In this document: positions 29,529 through 52,954 of the stretch, piece by piece
Layout of the letters: each line of letters begins with the position of its first letter
How positions within the stretch are numbered: position 1 is the stretch's first letter
Source of the DNA: Tubiluchus corallicola
Lineage: Eukaryota > Animalia > Priapulida
Reading direction: 5' to 3'
Assembly: GCA_030141605.1 (NCBI GenBank)
Contig: JAQGDQ010000053.1
Span: 372,001-436,000 of the forward strand
Length of the DNA stretch: 64,000 nt
Position numbers and translations under genes: made by a program
Notes under the pieces: generated by a model
Seen by the model: the letters and a program-made list of their open reading frames with translations, nothing else
What the model was told of the DNA's origin: nothing
Database searches by the model: none

Positions 29529-30689
29529 GCACTTTGCTGAAAAGATGCAATAAAATCAGAAAAGATCAACTAATCTTTTCGCACAAAGGGAGCCCCACAT
29601 GTGTATTCACAAAAATGAATTTAAAGAATACAGTTGGCTGGAATTTAGAAAAGTCTACAGAATTAAGGGGATAATAAAATATCCTTATAAATTCCAGATA
29701 GGAGAGCATTTATTTATTCGTTTTGTAACTACAGTTCAGTTTTGTTCTCAAAACTCTTACAATGAAACAAGTTAATTGACATATTTAAATAAAATCAAAA
29801 CAAATTATTGGAATAATGTTGGAAAACATGTAACTACGAATTTTGTAAAAATGTTTTCTACACAAACTAGTGAAGCTCAACCAGACAAAATAATAATGCT
29901 AAATCAATGTTGCGTAACACAATTTAGGGCTGAGACTAAGCTGAGTCTTTTTCGGAATGAAGCACCGAAGCAGGTGTTTGGTTTGGATTCGGATAACTTC
30001 ACAGATCATTATTGAGAGCACTGATAAGTTTCAGTGTTCACATATGTGATGTGAAAGCTTACCACACTTTATTACTAAGATTAAAATGTTTTGTGCTTTT
30101 ATTTTTTCACAGTGAGATTTTAATCAAAATATAATTAACTAAATACTGTTAAATTAGAGGTTCAATAACACTTCTTATGATTTATTATAGTTATTACATA
30201 TAATTATGTTTTATAATATTAAATTGTTTGCCTGAATAAGAACAGAAGAAATTGTTGTCTTAATATACAAATTACCATACAATCAATGGTGTGATCTATG
30301 AAATGAGCACTGTCACACGTGACTTTTAGATGAATTAGCAAAAATTCAGAGAAAAGCTTTGAAAAGCTAAAAAGTACTACCTACTGGGAGATACCGTTTA
30401 AAATGGTTGTGCAGTGCCATGTTTAACACCCCTTTGAAAGTTTAACATAGACTCCACTCCTAGGCCCTAGGCCCAATCCAACACAGCCAAAAGAAAAGGA
30501 CTCTAGCCGACCCAAGCCAGAAAAATATTTCAATAGAAAAGCAACGCTGCCCCCACTGGAAATTTTGTCTTCCAGAGTCTACATTGGTCTCTTCAAACGG
30601 GAAGGGGGAGATTAAGGGGGTCTTAGCCCCTACTCAGTGGGCATGTGACAGGAACTGCTTTGCCAAGTAATGTAGATTAGCCACATTTT

Positions 30690-30872
30690 ATAGTACCAAA
30701 CTTTCCCAGTATGAAATTGTTCCTCGTACAACATCTTCCTAGTTCCAAAACGTCCTTATACTAAACAATCCCAGCACCATATTTTCCTTGTATCAAACAT
30801 TCCCCGTATGACATTTTGCTAGTACCAAATTTTCCTGGAACAAAAATTATCCGGACCAAATTTATCGCGCAC
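30690..30872. repeat. Diverged ~16-bp tandem repeat (GTACCAAATTTTCCTA-like)
   Basis: Periodic GTACCAAA/GTATGAAA/GTATCAAA...TTCC units visible by eye; possibly a solo foldback arm. Confidence 0.55.
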
Positions 30873-31035
30873 TAAATAAAGTAGACTAAAATTGTAGTCT
30901 GAAAATTATAGATTTCTAGTTCTGTTGCACTAAATAATTGTTTATTATGTTGCCTCTGATATATGTTTGCATAATTCAACAGATAACCAAAACAGGTACG
31001 CTCAATCGTTGTCAACCTGAGCAGTGTAGCAGCGA

Positions 31036-32024
31036 TTCGCGAATGTAGGTAAAAATGGCACAAATGGAAAAATAGTAATTGTACAGGAAAAAATGGCACA
31101 GGAAAATGGCACAAATGGAAAAGAAGGTGAAAATGGCACACTTAGTAATACGTGTGTTTAGGGTTACAGTGGGGTATAATTATTTTAGTTTTTTTACCTC
31201 TGCTAAGGAAGTTATGCTTCAACACAGTTTGTTTGTTTATTTGGTTGTTTTTTGTCTGTTATGGCAGTAAGCCTGTTACGAAAAAACTATCTAACAGATT
31301 TCCAAGAGGCTTTGTGAAGAAAGGCAGGTATAGCTAGGGTACCAAAATGGGAATACTTCTGTCGGTTCTTTTTTCGCAAAACTTGAAAGAACACCACGTA
31401 CAAAAGAACATTCGTGAAGTACTTCATTGAGGTCTCAATGGGGGAATTTAATACTTCTTTTTTATTATCTCCACCTAGACACACAACTACGAGTTAGTTG
31501 CAGGTTCCATTTCGAGAAAATCTCGCTTGTAAACCGTGCAATGCTGTCTACAACCTTTGCTTATTAATGCATATAGGCCTATAACGTGACTTTGTACATA
31601 CATATTTGTCAGTCTATTAATGCGAAAATTAATGGTGGAAAGGTAGATAAATTATTTCGTGAATCTTCTGCTAGTCTACAAAATACCAATACATGTACAT
31701 TTTTGTATGTTTACTTGTTGATCTTTGTGTTACATTTTTTGAATCCAAATAATCAGACGAATAAGATTAGGAATGTTCGGCTTTGGCAGAGAGCTGCTTC
31801 TTACTGAGCGCATTCTAGTTTATTACAGAAATCAATTGCATCAAAATAACAAATGTGCCATTTTACCTACTTTTCTATTTGTGCTATTTTTTCCTGTGCC
31901 AGTTTTGCCATGCCATTTTTCCTGTACCACTATTATACCTACTCTTCCACGTGCGCCATTTTTACCTACTTTTCCATTTTTTCCTGCGCCACTTTTATCA
32001 TGTCATTTTTACCATGCACGCGAA
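31036..32024. mobile_element. Foldback-type element with internally repetitive inverted arms; nested Crypton-like fragment near 31194-31360
   Basis: The left arm repeats AAAATGGCACA (31050-31140) and the right arm repeats TGTGCCATTTT (31854-32013). Termini are TTCGCG...GGTAAAAATG / CATTTTTACC...CGCGAA. Internal TTACCTCTGCTAAGGAAGTTATG resembles the start of non-autonomous Crypton elements as I recall them. Confidence 0.65.
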
Positions 32025-32214
32025 ACGCGGGGCATCCTATCTGCGCGCAATTGCTAGAAATCAGCAGCAGTCGACCACATCGCTGAACATCCCGATTTCA
32101 ACGAACGAGCTATAATCATGAATCGCTCAAGCTTTTACTTTAATTACATTTTGAAAAGGATACACCAACTCTTTTCTCCACGTAGCAAAAACGGAAAAAA
32201 CGATTGCAACTTAC

Positions 32215-32262
32215 AAGACGACAAACACGTGACAAATGACCCAAAAGCACAGGTTTAGATTA
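32215..32262 (-). other. GPX4: Probable non-coding first exon of GPx4
   Basis: The first coding exon has an acceptor (ttttcag) only 8 nt before its ATG, so an upstream exon is required. A strong minus-strand donor TT|GTAAGT lies at 32214 in a CpG-richer, promoter-like stretch. The 5' boundary is a guess. Confidence 0.45.
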
Positions 32263-32290
32263 GAGCTTTAGATGCGTCCTCTTTGCGCAC

Positions 32291-32976
32291 CAGAGCGGCG
32301 GATTGCGGTCATGCAGGTGCCGGGTATGCGGACTGCGGATTTTTAATGCATAAAATCAAGGATTTCACGCGAAATTGCAGCTTTTTAAAGCCACTTGTGT
32401 AAAATAAACTTTCAAGTGCTTGCCCAAGAAGTTTTCCCAGTTGCAGTTCGTTAAGCATGCCTTGCGCATCAAAGGGCTTGTTGCCACATTAAAGTAATTT
32501 ATTTTAAGATATGTCCTCACCTCATGCTTTCCTGCTCCTTCCTGACCTTTTACCTGGAAACTCCTAGACGCAAAACATTACTTGTAATTACAAATATTAT
32601 AGTTTTTTTACTCGAGCCTTTTATAGTTTGTGGTGTAGTGTGATGGGCACGATATGATCGGGTGAGATACTATGTACGTCGTGCTGTGTGTGTCAGTGAA
32701 GGTCTACCAGCAAATTGGGACCTGGCTAGTAATTTATTATTGATTCGCGATTATAGCTCATAACTCATATTAAGAAACGGTTTTAACAATAGGGCACACA
32801 TATCAAGCCTAGTTAATTTGTGCCTACATTTTTACAGAATGTGGATGTAAAAAGTTTTCATTAAAATGCGTTATAAAGAAAATTTCCTTCAATCCGCGGA
32901 TTTTAAAGGATGCAGATATTTACAGCTGCGGTTTTGCGGTGCGGATAAACAAGAAAGTGATATCCGCCCAGCTCTG
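32291..32976. mobile_element. hAT-type MITE in the GPx4 promoter region
   Basis: Exact 8-bp target duplication TTGCGCAC (32283-32290, 32977-32984). TIRs CAGAGC--GGCGGAT / ATCCGCCCAGCTCTG. Subterminal GCGGA repeats. Confidence 0.85.
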
Positions 32977-33399
32977 TTGCGCACACACTTTATCTAATCT
33001 ATGCTTAAAAGAGATCTTTGGCCTAAACATTGTTGTTTAATCATTGATTCATATAAGCGCGTGCGCCTAGAGGACGCACCATCTAAATCTATGTGTTTAA
33101 TTAATTTCAGGCGAAATTCATTACGGAAACGCTTTAGTACATTTTCACTTTTTCAGTGATCAAATTTTGTGCAGCCACCATGGAATTAGAGATGCGCGTT
33201 GCAGATCATCTCTTCAGCTCCCGCTAAATAACAACTCTCTTTAGTAAATAACATAATGGCAACTATAATGTCTAATCAGCAGATGCTCTGGGCACTTTTT
33301 AGAAAGGAGGTATTGAAGTTGATTACCGCATTTCTGGAGGCATGTTCGCATAGTTGTAAATGACTACATCACTGTTAGCCCATTAGGAATTAACATCAC

Positions 33400-35690
33400 C
33401 ATAATGGTGAAAGATGTGAAAGTAATATGGAATGAAAAATGTGTTTCTCAACATCATCTATTAGTTGGCACACTGAAGGTCGAGGTTGTAAAAAGATTGC
33501 TGGCCAGTGGCGACTCGTGTATAGGTACTTTGGAACTGCAGTACCATCTATTTTCACTCAATATTATCGATTATATTCAATATAATATTGTCTTTTTTCT
33601 TTAATTCTTTCTTTACACTTGTATGGTCTATAACACATGATGATAGTGCTGTTTGCTTTACAGCCCAGCAGAGTGCGCTCACAGCTCAAGCATCGTGGTG
33701 CTTGGCTGTTGTGCCCACTCTCTCATACTGCACTTTAGATAAAAAGAGTGCTGTCGCTTAGGCAGTGTGTGTTGTAAGTTGTCACGTGCTTAAAAGCTGT
33801 GTACTGGTATATTCTTAAACTGCGACAATTTAGGATATCATAAGCAAACAATATTTTTGTTTAGGATTTTATCAAGTTTATCTATAAATGTTTGTTTGAA
33901 ATTACAATTACAGATTACAACATTAAAATTACACATGTTTGTTGCGTTTTACACAGTATTAAAGCAATTTCTAATAATTTTCTGAAGCAAACCCCCCAGT
34001 AATTTTAGCTACGAGCCGTCACTGTTGCTGGATTTTCAAGGCATTCCTATGTGCCAGTTAAGGCTTATGGTGTTGCTGAGGCTCACGTAGCACAGATATT
34101 ATGAATTTTAAATGGTATGTTGCTGACCATGCTGACTTGGTTGATGAGGTAAAATTGTTTAGGAAGTGGATGAAAATGAAGGACGTCTGGCTGTAAATGC
34201 CCAATGTAAATCCAAGGGACATGTAAGACGCAGAAGAGGCACAGGGGCAAAAACAGTGGTGTGGTTTGCTCAAGAAGCTAAAAGAGACAGGAGTTTACTT
34301 GAGAACTGGAGAGCATTGAAGGTCAAAAGCAGTTCTTTAGAATAGCAAAAGAGAGCACATGGGTGTAACCATTGTACTAGTTTGCCATTTTCACATTATA
34401 TCTAGTAAGCCTGTTTTGTGGCAAAATGGAGTTATTGGCATCGCAGCATTCTTTGTCCCATATTGCATATCTTACAACGAAAGAATCTGTTGACCAGAAG
34501 CTTTTAAGTGATTAAGTTATTGACAATGTCAGAAACCCAGTAAGTCCATTTTTTGCTCAAATTTTTAAATTAAATTAGGGAGTTCCTTTAAAGTGTACAT
34601 TTCACCGAAACTCCCGGTGCAATGCAGTCATGCAATACGGGTGAATAATTTATTGGCAAAGGAATGATATCCAGTTCGCATTGTTTTTGCGTATCTGGGA
34701 GCCTAGTAAGTCCCACGTTTGAACACAGGCAGCACGCACATTTTCAGTTATAACTTAGTAAGCCCATTATATTAAAAAGCTACTTTAAATAGCATTTCGC
34801 TTACAAAACAATAAAGCCCCTTTTAATGTAAGCCATTAAACCATTTGCTTCTCGGTAACAGAAAACAGTTTTTTTCATTTTGCCCATAAGTGGACTTACC
34901 ATTTCTGGAAGCGTGAGAGTTGTCTCAAAGATGAGTATGGTGGAGATTTGATGGAAAAAATGGAAGCAGTATACAGAAAAGTGTTTAACAAAGAAAATAA
35001 ATGGAATGGCATGGTAGAGTGTGATGTAGCGGAAAAACTGCAGATGGAACATTGAAGAAAAATCTGGACAGCACTTAAATTAATGCCACCAATTAAGGAA
35101 GCTGCAGACCTATCAATATTAATTGAGATGATGTACACCTCAACGAAAAAGAGTACTGAGTGGCTTACACAGTTATTGCTAGTTTTGCTGCTATTGAAGA
35201 CATATCATTGGAATTTGAGTTGGGGAAAAAGCTATTGATGCAATTTGTAAGACGGCTGAAAGAAAAACATTTGGAAAGGAAGAACAAACTGAAGTTTGTA
35301 TTTGCAAATCTAGAGAAAGCTTTTGACTGCATATTAAGAGAAGTAGTGAGATAGGTCTTGAGAAAAACAGGTGTGAGGCAGTAGTTGTAACAGTGATGAC
35401 ATTTTAATGATACTAGGACCATTGGTAAAACACATTGGTTGATAGCGAATGTTTTCCAGTTAAAGTAAGTGTCTACCTAAGTCCTGCACTGATTCCATTG
35501 CTGTCTGCTGTTATTACGAACTAGGGATCAGCTGAAATAAGAGACAGATTACCGAGGAGGCTGCTCTTTGTCGATGAAGAGATGGAGAGGAAGAGATGGA
35601 AGAGATGAAGAGGAAGCTCCAAGAAATGTATGGAGAGCTGGCTTGGCGTCAAAAGGTTTATAGCTAACAAGACTGAGACTGTGTAATGTG
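33400..35690 (+). mobile_element. Heavily decayed RTE-clade LINE fragments, interrupted
   Basis: Remnant peptides VKDVKVIWNEKCVSQHHLLV (end of endonuclease), YTEKVFNKENKWNG, FVRRLKEKHLERKNKLKFVFANLEKAFDCILREVV and LPRRLLFVDE (decayed YADD region). Many stops and frameshifts. Confidence 0.7.
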
Positions 35691-35829
35691 TGGACAATTG
35701 TGATTGTTCATGTGCATCAAATCTGTAATAGTGATAATATTGACAGTACATTAATTAGCAAACTGCCTGCTATTAAAACGTAGAAAAGATAAAATTTTAA
35801 TGGTAACACGAGTAAAACGGTTTTACTTC

Positions 35830-35833
<4 letters not shown>

Positions 35834-35860
<27 letters not shown>
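35834..35860. repeat. (TA)n microsatellite
   Basis: Pure AT run. Confidence 0.9.
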
Positions 35861-36139
35861 CACCCTTACCATGGTGTTTACCGCTTAGTTGACTAGTCAC
35901 TTACTTCTGAGTTGCAATATTATGGATCCACAAAGCCTATGAAACGTGGAAAACGAATTATTTTCGCCGATATTAAAAAATAATTAAAGGCATGAGAAAA
36001 CAAAAAGAAGCAGGCTTTGCAAACAACTTAAGGCAGCATTTCTGAAAAAAGCTTTGAATACTAGTTGTGATAGGTCTTAAAATTGAAATATGTTTAAAAT
36101 TGTTTCATATAGCATGTAATAATTAAATAATAATGATAT

Positions 36140-38021
<1,882 letters not shown>

Positions 38022-38319
38022 TACCGGGAGAGAGAGAGAGGGGGGGGGGTAGAGAAGACCACAGACAAAGTGTATTCTTTGCCACAGATATTTATTTGCA
38101 TGATCGGCGAATTCTGAAGACCAGCAAAGATTTCTTGTCTTCCTTCATGTTAAATCCGTAATAGATTACGGTAATTATTTCAATTATATTAAAGGATGTT
38201 AAACTTCCTGTAAAAGTTGGAAGCACCTTAGGAAAAGCATTTGGTAGGAATGTTGGGTCCCCAGGGGAATTGCCCAAGTCCTATAATTTTCACGTTTTAC
38301 CTGGCAAACGCACTTAAGA

Positions 38320-38910
38320 TGCAAACATTACTTATTTGGTGTGATAATAACATCAGACTTGAAATTTTCCCAGCAATTTGTATCCTCTGATAAGAAAGCA
38401 AACAAGATTCTGGGGATGATAAAGCGGCACATCGTTTCTAGAAATAAAGAAATTGTATTGAACTTATACATTGGCTTGGGTAGATCCCATCTTGATTACT
38501 GTGTGCAGCTTTGGAATCCCCATTATCAGAAAGTATATTGCTTATGGAAGGTATACAAAGGTGTGCTACAAGAATAATATTAGGTTGTAAAAATCTGACA
38601 TTTGGAAAGATTAAAATATTGCACTTTGACCATGCTTGAATTAAGAAGACACTGTGGAGATCTTATGAAGTTTATAAAATATTTACTAGAAAAGAAAACA
38701 CTTTACCCGAAAAATTCTTTAATTTAGTTGTTGATTCTAAAACTAGAGGACATAATTTAAAACAGTTTAGAGAGCGTTCACGTCTTGACATTCATAAATA
38801 TTCATTTTCTGTGAGAGCTGTGAATGAATGGAATAATCTGCTTGCCATGGTGATTACCGCAGCAACCACAGTAAAGCTTTAATCCTTAATCGACACTTAT
38901 TTTGTGGAAA
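38320..38910 (+). mobile_element. CR1-like LINE 3' fragment
   Basis: DLKFSQQ...KKANKILGMIKR...LNLY..LGRSHLDYCVQLWNPH, followed by decayed TRGHN and FSVRAVNEWNNL, typical of the CR1-group ORF2 C-terminus. Confidence 0.8.
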
Positions 38911-40729
38911 AATATGGGGTTTCTATGAGTGTACTGGCTTAACCCCTAATCATGACTGTATAACAGTAATTGATGCATTGTTACTAGCAAGTAGCAAAAC
39001 TAGCATATTTATGTACATCATTGAAACATGGGGTATAACGATTACTCAAGTCAGGCAGATTGACGTTTCTCAAAAGTATACTAAAGAATTTCTAAAGATA
39101 AAATTGGTCTCACATAATCAAAAATGGAGATTTATACGTGTACTGGAGTGAAAGAATTTCTTGGAATTCAAAAGTCAGGCTCCGAAGATTAAGATGGCTA
39201 GGACATCTTCTCAAATTACAAAATGAAACACAGCCTTAAAGGAAGCCTTAAAACCTTGTAAAAATATCACCTGGCAAACCAAAAAAAATAATTTGGATAG
39301 TTAAGATAAATCAAGATATTTAACAATTTCAGCCAAATCAGTTTTATTAGTACAAGAACTTACGCTATTAGATGCGGATAGGAGTGAGTGGAGTGCTCTA
39401 ATAAATGGTAATGTCTCAATGTCTACAATAGATGGAATGCAGGGCCAGATGTACCACTAGGTAAATTAGGTAGTTGCCAAATTCTGGGAGGTAATTTTTA
39501 AGTTTAGCTTTTACATAAGTAATAACATAGTGTACACGTAATCGCTTAAGTGCACAATGCTTTCGTGAGATAAAATGAACTAGTTGGGTCATTTTGCTGT
39601 GGAAGTGCATGAGTCATTGATGGTAACACAGAGCTCTCTTCCCTCGACAGAACACTTTCTACTTCTGCTTACCTGGCTTTCTATGATTATGTCATTTCAT
39701 GCTGAAGGATTTGCCTGTTTTTGCCCACATGCAGTTTATATTGTCTGCATAGAGCAGCAGAGACTCTTCCTGCTAGAACAAATATTGGCAGATGAACGCC
39801 ATAAGAATCAAAGCCTTGAGGAGCATAATACGGGAAGTGAACGGTAAAAAAGCTGGCAGACATTGAACAGCAAAAAGATTCACTAACTAAGTATTTGCAA
39901 TTAAGCTAGACTTGGTTTATGGTTATGAAGATAACGTTACTACTGAAATGAATGCATGTGAAAAAGACGAGTTTGTAAAAAGAAACTTACTGATCAATGA
40001 AAAGGTCGAGTGAAATCTAGCCAGCAGTATGTACACGAAGAGTATGCAGCAGAGATTTTAGAAATTTTGATAGCTCCTAAAGACTAGCAGGATCAGTGAG
40101 GTCATAAATTCAATTTCATGTGAAATCAACACAAGGTGTAGATAGTAATTAGCTGTTGTTCATTAGCACACTGTAATACATGTATAAGCCTAATATCATA
40201 CATTGCATTCAAACGAAAATTCAATTTTCGGGGTGACGTGACTAGGGACTGTGAGGAAAAGGTTCACAGTTGAGGAGGAGACACCAAAAAAACTTTTGTC
40301 TAGGGTGTCAAACTAGCTAGCCGTCCCTGGTGGAATGAGACACTGAAGAAGAAAGAATTTGAATAGTAGCGTTAATTTCTGCTACAGTTTTCGTTGTTTT
40401 TTCCATGCAGGTCAAGTAAACTATAAGTCGAAATTCATACTAAGAATTCTATGGTCGAGAATGTCTTGCTCGACCCTAGAACCGTTACTGATAAAAATTG
40501 CCGGCTAAACTGTCTTGCTACAAATTTTTCAAAATTATGTGCATATAGTGATCTCATTTGGCCAGGTGGTCATATAATTGCTTGCTTAAGGTCAAGTAGC
40601 ATTAAAATCAAGTAAAATTCTGCACCGGAATTTTTTGCCCGTTGTACGTATTAAAGATGCCCGGGCCTTTTTTCATTTGTTGTGTTATTTGTGCTGTTAC
40701 ATAAATAGAAATTACCTTGGTGATTAGTA

Positions 40730-41828
40730 CAGTAAACGCCGCTTAATAGACTCACGGTTAATAGACTCAATCGCTTAATTGACTCAAAAACGCCTGGAAC
40801 AGGCCGCTTCTATTCGAATATATATAAAAACTATCGGTAATTGACTCAAATAACTTCGCTTAATTGACTCAATATTTTCCCTTCACGTACTTAAAATAAG
40901 ACATTTATATGTGCCCAAACAGCCATTGCTACTTTTATGTCATATTTCCTTTTGTGCATTATATATATAGAAACAATCATGTTAACTACCGTTTGTTTGT
41001 AAACAGGTACGTTTATCATGAGCTAATACGCTAGCGTAGAGGTTTTGCTTTGAATCTGTTACCTGCTCACCCACTGCAATTAACCTCGTTACCCAAAGAA
41101 TTTCTGGAAGCTAAACATTTAATTACTTGCCTAGCGGTTTCATTTTCACACTCTAGTTGCAAATCAGGCTTAATGAGTCAATAGTCAAAGATGCAGGTAC
41201 AGTAATCAGCCAGTATTCCTTGTGACTTACAAGAATAAACATCATACAGTAAATAAGGGCATAGAGTTAAGAAGTTTGAAAAATGGAACATAAGCATGAA
41301 GATCTAACAGTTAAGAAGAAACTGAACATTTTAGAGCAGTACGATAAACTTCTAAAGATGGGGAGAGGTGTGCAGCAGTACAGTTGAAAATTTCCCAAAG
41401 TACTCTCGACAGAATATTGAAAAAACGATCTGAAACTGAGCAGTCAGCAAGCCAAAATGAGAATATAACATCTAAGAGGTGACACACAGGAAAAGACTGT
41501 GAAGTCGAGTCAGCGTTAAAAGTGTGGTTTACAAACGCAAGAGAAAAAGATGCTCAAGTGAACGCTCCTTTAATGTGATATAAAGCAGAAGATTTGGCAA
41601 AGAAAATGCTCAAGCAAGCCAAGCGCTAAATGTTTTACGAGAATTGCACAAAGGAATTTGGGCATTACTTCGTTTCTAAAATTGATTAAAAACCTTTGCA
41701 GTGCATAGTAAGCTGATGACTCATACTTCTATAGCAGTAATGTTACACCCATCGGTTAATAGGTTCAATCGGTTAATTGGGTCAGAACATGTCGGTCCCA
41801 AAGTGAGTCTATTAAGCAGCGACCACTG
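40730..41828 (+). mobile_element. Pogo/Tigger-like DNA transposon deletion derivative with decayed CENP-B-type HTH transposase fragment
   Basis: TA-flanked TIRs CAGTAAACGCCGCTTAATAGACTCAC / GTGAGTCTATTAAGCAGCGACCACTG with subterminal TTAAT(A/T)GACTCA repeats. Region 41283-41610 reads, with a frameshift and stops, MEHKHEDLTVKKKLNILEQYD...QLKISQSTLDRILKKR...EVESALKVWFTNAREKDAQVNAPLM.YKAEDLAKKM. Confidence 0.85.
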
Positions 41829-42332
41829 TATTTCACTTGACATGATATTCGTGCATTCGTTCAAGTTTTACTTTTAAATGTCAGATGCAACACCATTTTT
41901 TGGCTGAAGAAGTTTTTGTCATTATCACATTCAGTACAATAATACATTCAATGCAAAGAGACATACTATCAATATTATTACATTTTATAGAGATCGTACA
42001 TCGTCATATGTTACCATTATCGTAAAAGAAGTAATTGTACTGCAATTGTAAAGACAAGTTTGCCAGCATCTGCAACTTTTCATTTGAATTATGACTTGTG
42101 GTTGTCACTGCTAATAGTACTAACAGTTTAATTTTATTACTAGCATTATATATGCTAAGATATTGGTTGCAGGAGCGACGTACATATAGTGTAAATCATT
42201 CAACACAAGTTTCCATAGCTGCTTTTCAATAATTCCAACTGGTATAGATGATCAAGATCCTCTGAATAATTTGAACAGAATCATTTTCATAAATACTTAT
42301 AGTCACCATGCCATTTTGCAGATTACATTAAT

Positions 42333-51331
<8,999 letters not shown>

Positions 51332-52807
51332 TAGTACATCATATTTAAATGAAATTTTATTACATGATTAAGTTTAGGCAATGACTTATGTGATTTAGTT
51401 TTTGGATAAGAAGAACATTTATGAAACATTTCTGTAACATAAATTTTGTACCTACACTTTTGTACAATGCTTTTTGTTTCGAATGATTAAGTGTAAACTA
51501 CTTTTTATCCATTTAACATTTTAATTAAGGTAAATCTTAGTTTCTGTGATTTTGGCTATCATATTGTGTAATTATTTCATATAGCCTTTCAACCTGTCAT
51601 CGTGTCATATCACTTTTATGTCATTGTTATTGTATTCATTGCTCACTGCTTAGGATACTTAACAAATGCAAGAAAGTTGTTACAGTTATATGCTTGTACA
51701 AGCTGTACCCTTTCAAATTTAAACACAACAGTGAAGTTGATAGAAATTTGTTTTGGATGCTTAAAAATGTAATAATACCTTTTGTACTGGCATGAGAATG
51801 ATTTTAGTAAATGATGGAGATATAGATGCTATAGAAACTGTGTTTCGAGGCAGAATCTTGTACATACGTCGTTTAATTAATTTACGTTAATTGCTGACAT
51901 TAATCACGGAATGCAAGTGGCTCCTTTCTTAGCTGGTTCTACGTTATAAACTTTCAATTCTGAGGTGCACTGGCTTGTATACTAAATGTTGAAGGCTGAG
52001 TGACAGTATAAACTTATGCGTTTCTTTTACTGTATGAATGTACTTTTCATAGACCTTTAAGTATCTATGAAAAAATTCCCCAGGAAATGGCAAGAGTGGC
52101 AAACATTACACATGCTGCAACTTCAGGAGTGTAGAGGCATATTCAATTAGGGATATTTCACAAAAAATGAAATGAAAAGTTGAAAAGCTACAAACATTCT
52201 TTTAATTTTCAGTTTCTTTAAAATGCAGATTAGGTTTATTAAAATGTAAATAATGTACTTTTTGCATTAATGTTGTTAAGGTCAACAATTTTAACTTTTT
52301 GAGATGTACCAGAATTATGGGCTTCGATAAGAAAAAAAAGAAAAACATGTTTGTGAGAACTTAATAAATCCTAATCAGATGTGAAAAAGAGTTGGTGTAC
52401 TGTTTATTGTTTACATACTTCGGAGCCCTAATTTTGATTTTTTTAGTCATACTTGATTTTTTCGAATTTGCACTTAAGTTAGTCTGTTACAAACGGGGAT
52501 CTAACTACCTAACTTATATACATGTAAAAACAGGTACAGTAGCTAATCCACCTCACACGCACATACACTGACTTTGCAGTTGTGTATAGATTAATATTTA
52601 AGTGACCATAAACACGCTGCACTACATTCCTGTAACAATCAATATTCTCATTACTATAATTGGAAAATGTACCTGCCTTTTATGAAACTGTAGTAGAGCA
52701 GGTGTAGTTTACAACTGACTCACCCTACCCGATTACAGACATCAACAAGGTGTGATCACTGTATACAACACATCACCAATAAAATCCTCAAAACTGTAAC
52801 ACTTTGG

Positions 52808-52954
52808 TAATTTTTACCGTCACTGTTTTGTTAGCAAAGTTCTAAATATAAGCAACTAGGATTAGCATGTTGTAAGTTTTTAATTTTTACCGTCACTGTT
52901 TTGTTAGCAAAGTTCTAAATATAAGCAACTAGGATTAGCATGTTGTAAGTTTTT
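52808..52954. repeat. Near-exact 73-bp tandem duplication
   Basis: TAATTTTTACCGTCACTGTTTTGTTAGCAAAG...GTTGTAAGTTTT starts at 52808 and again at 52881. Confidence 0.9.
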
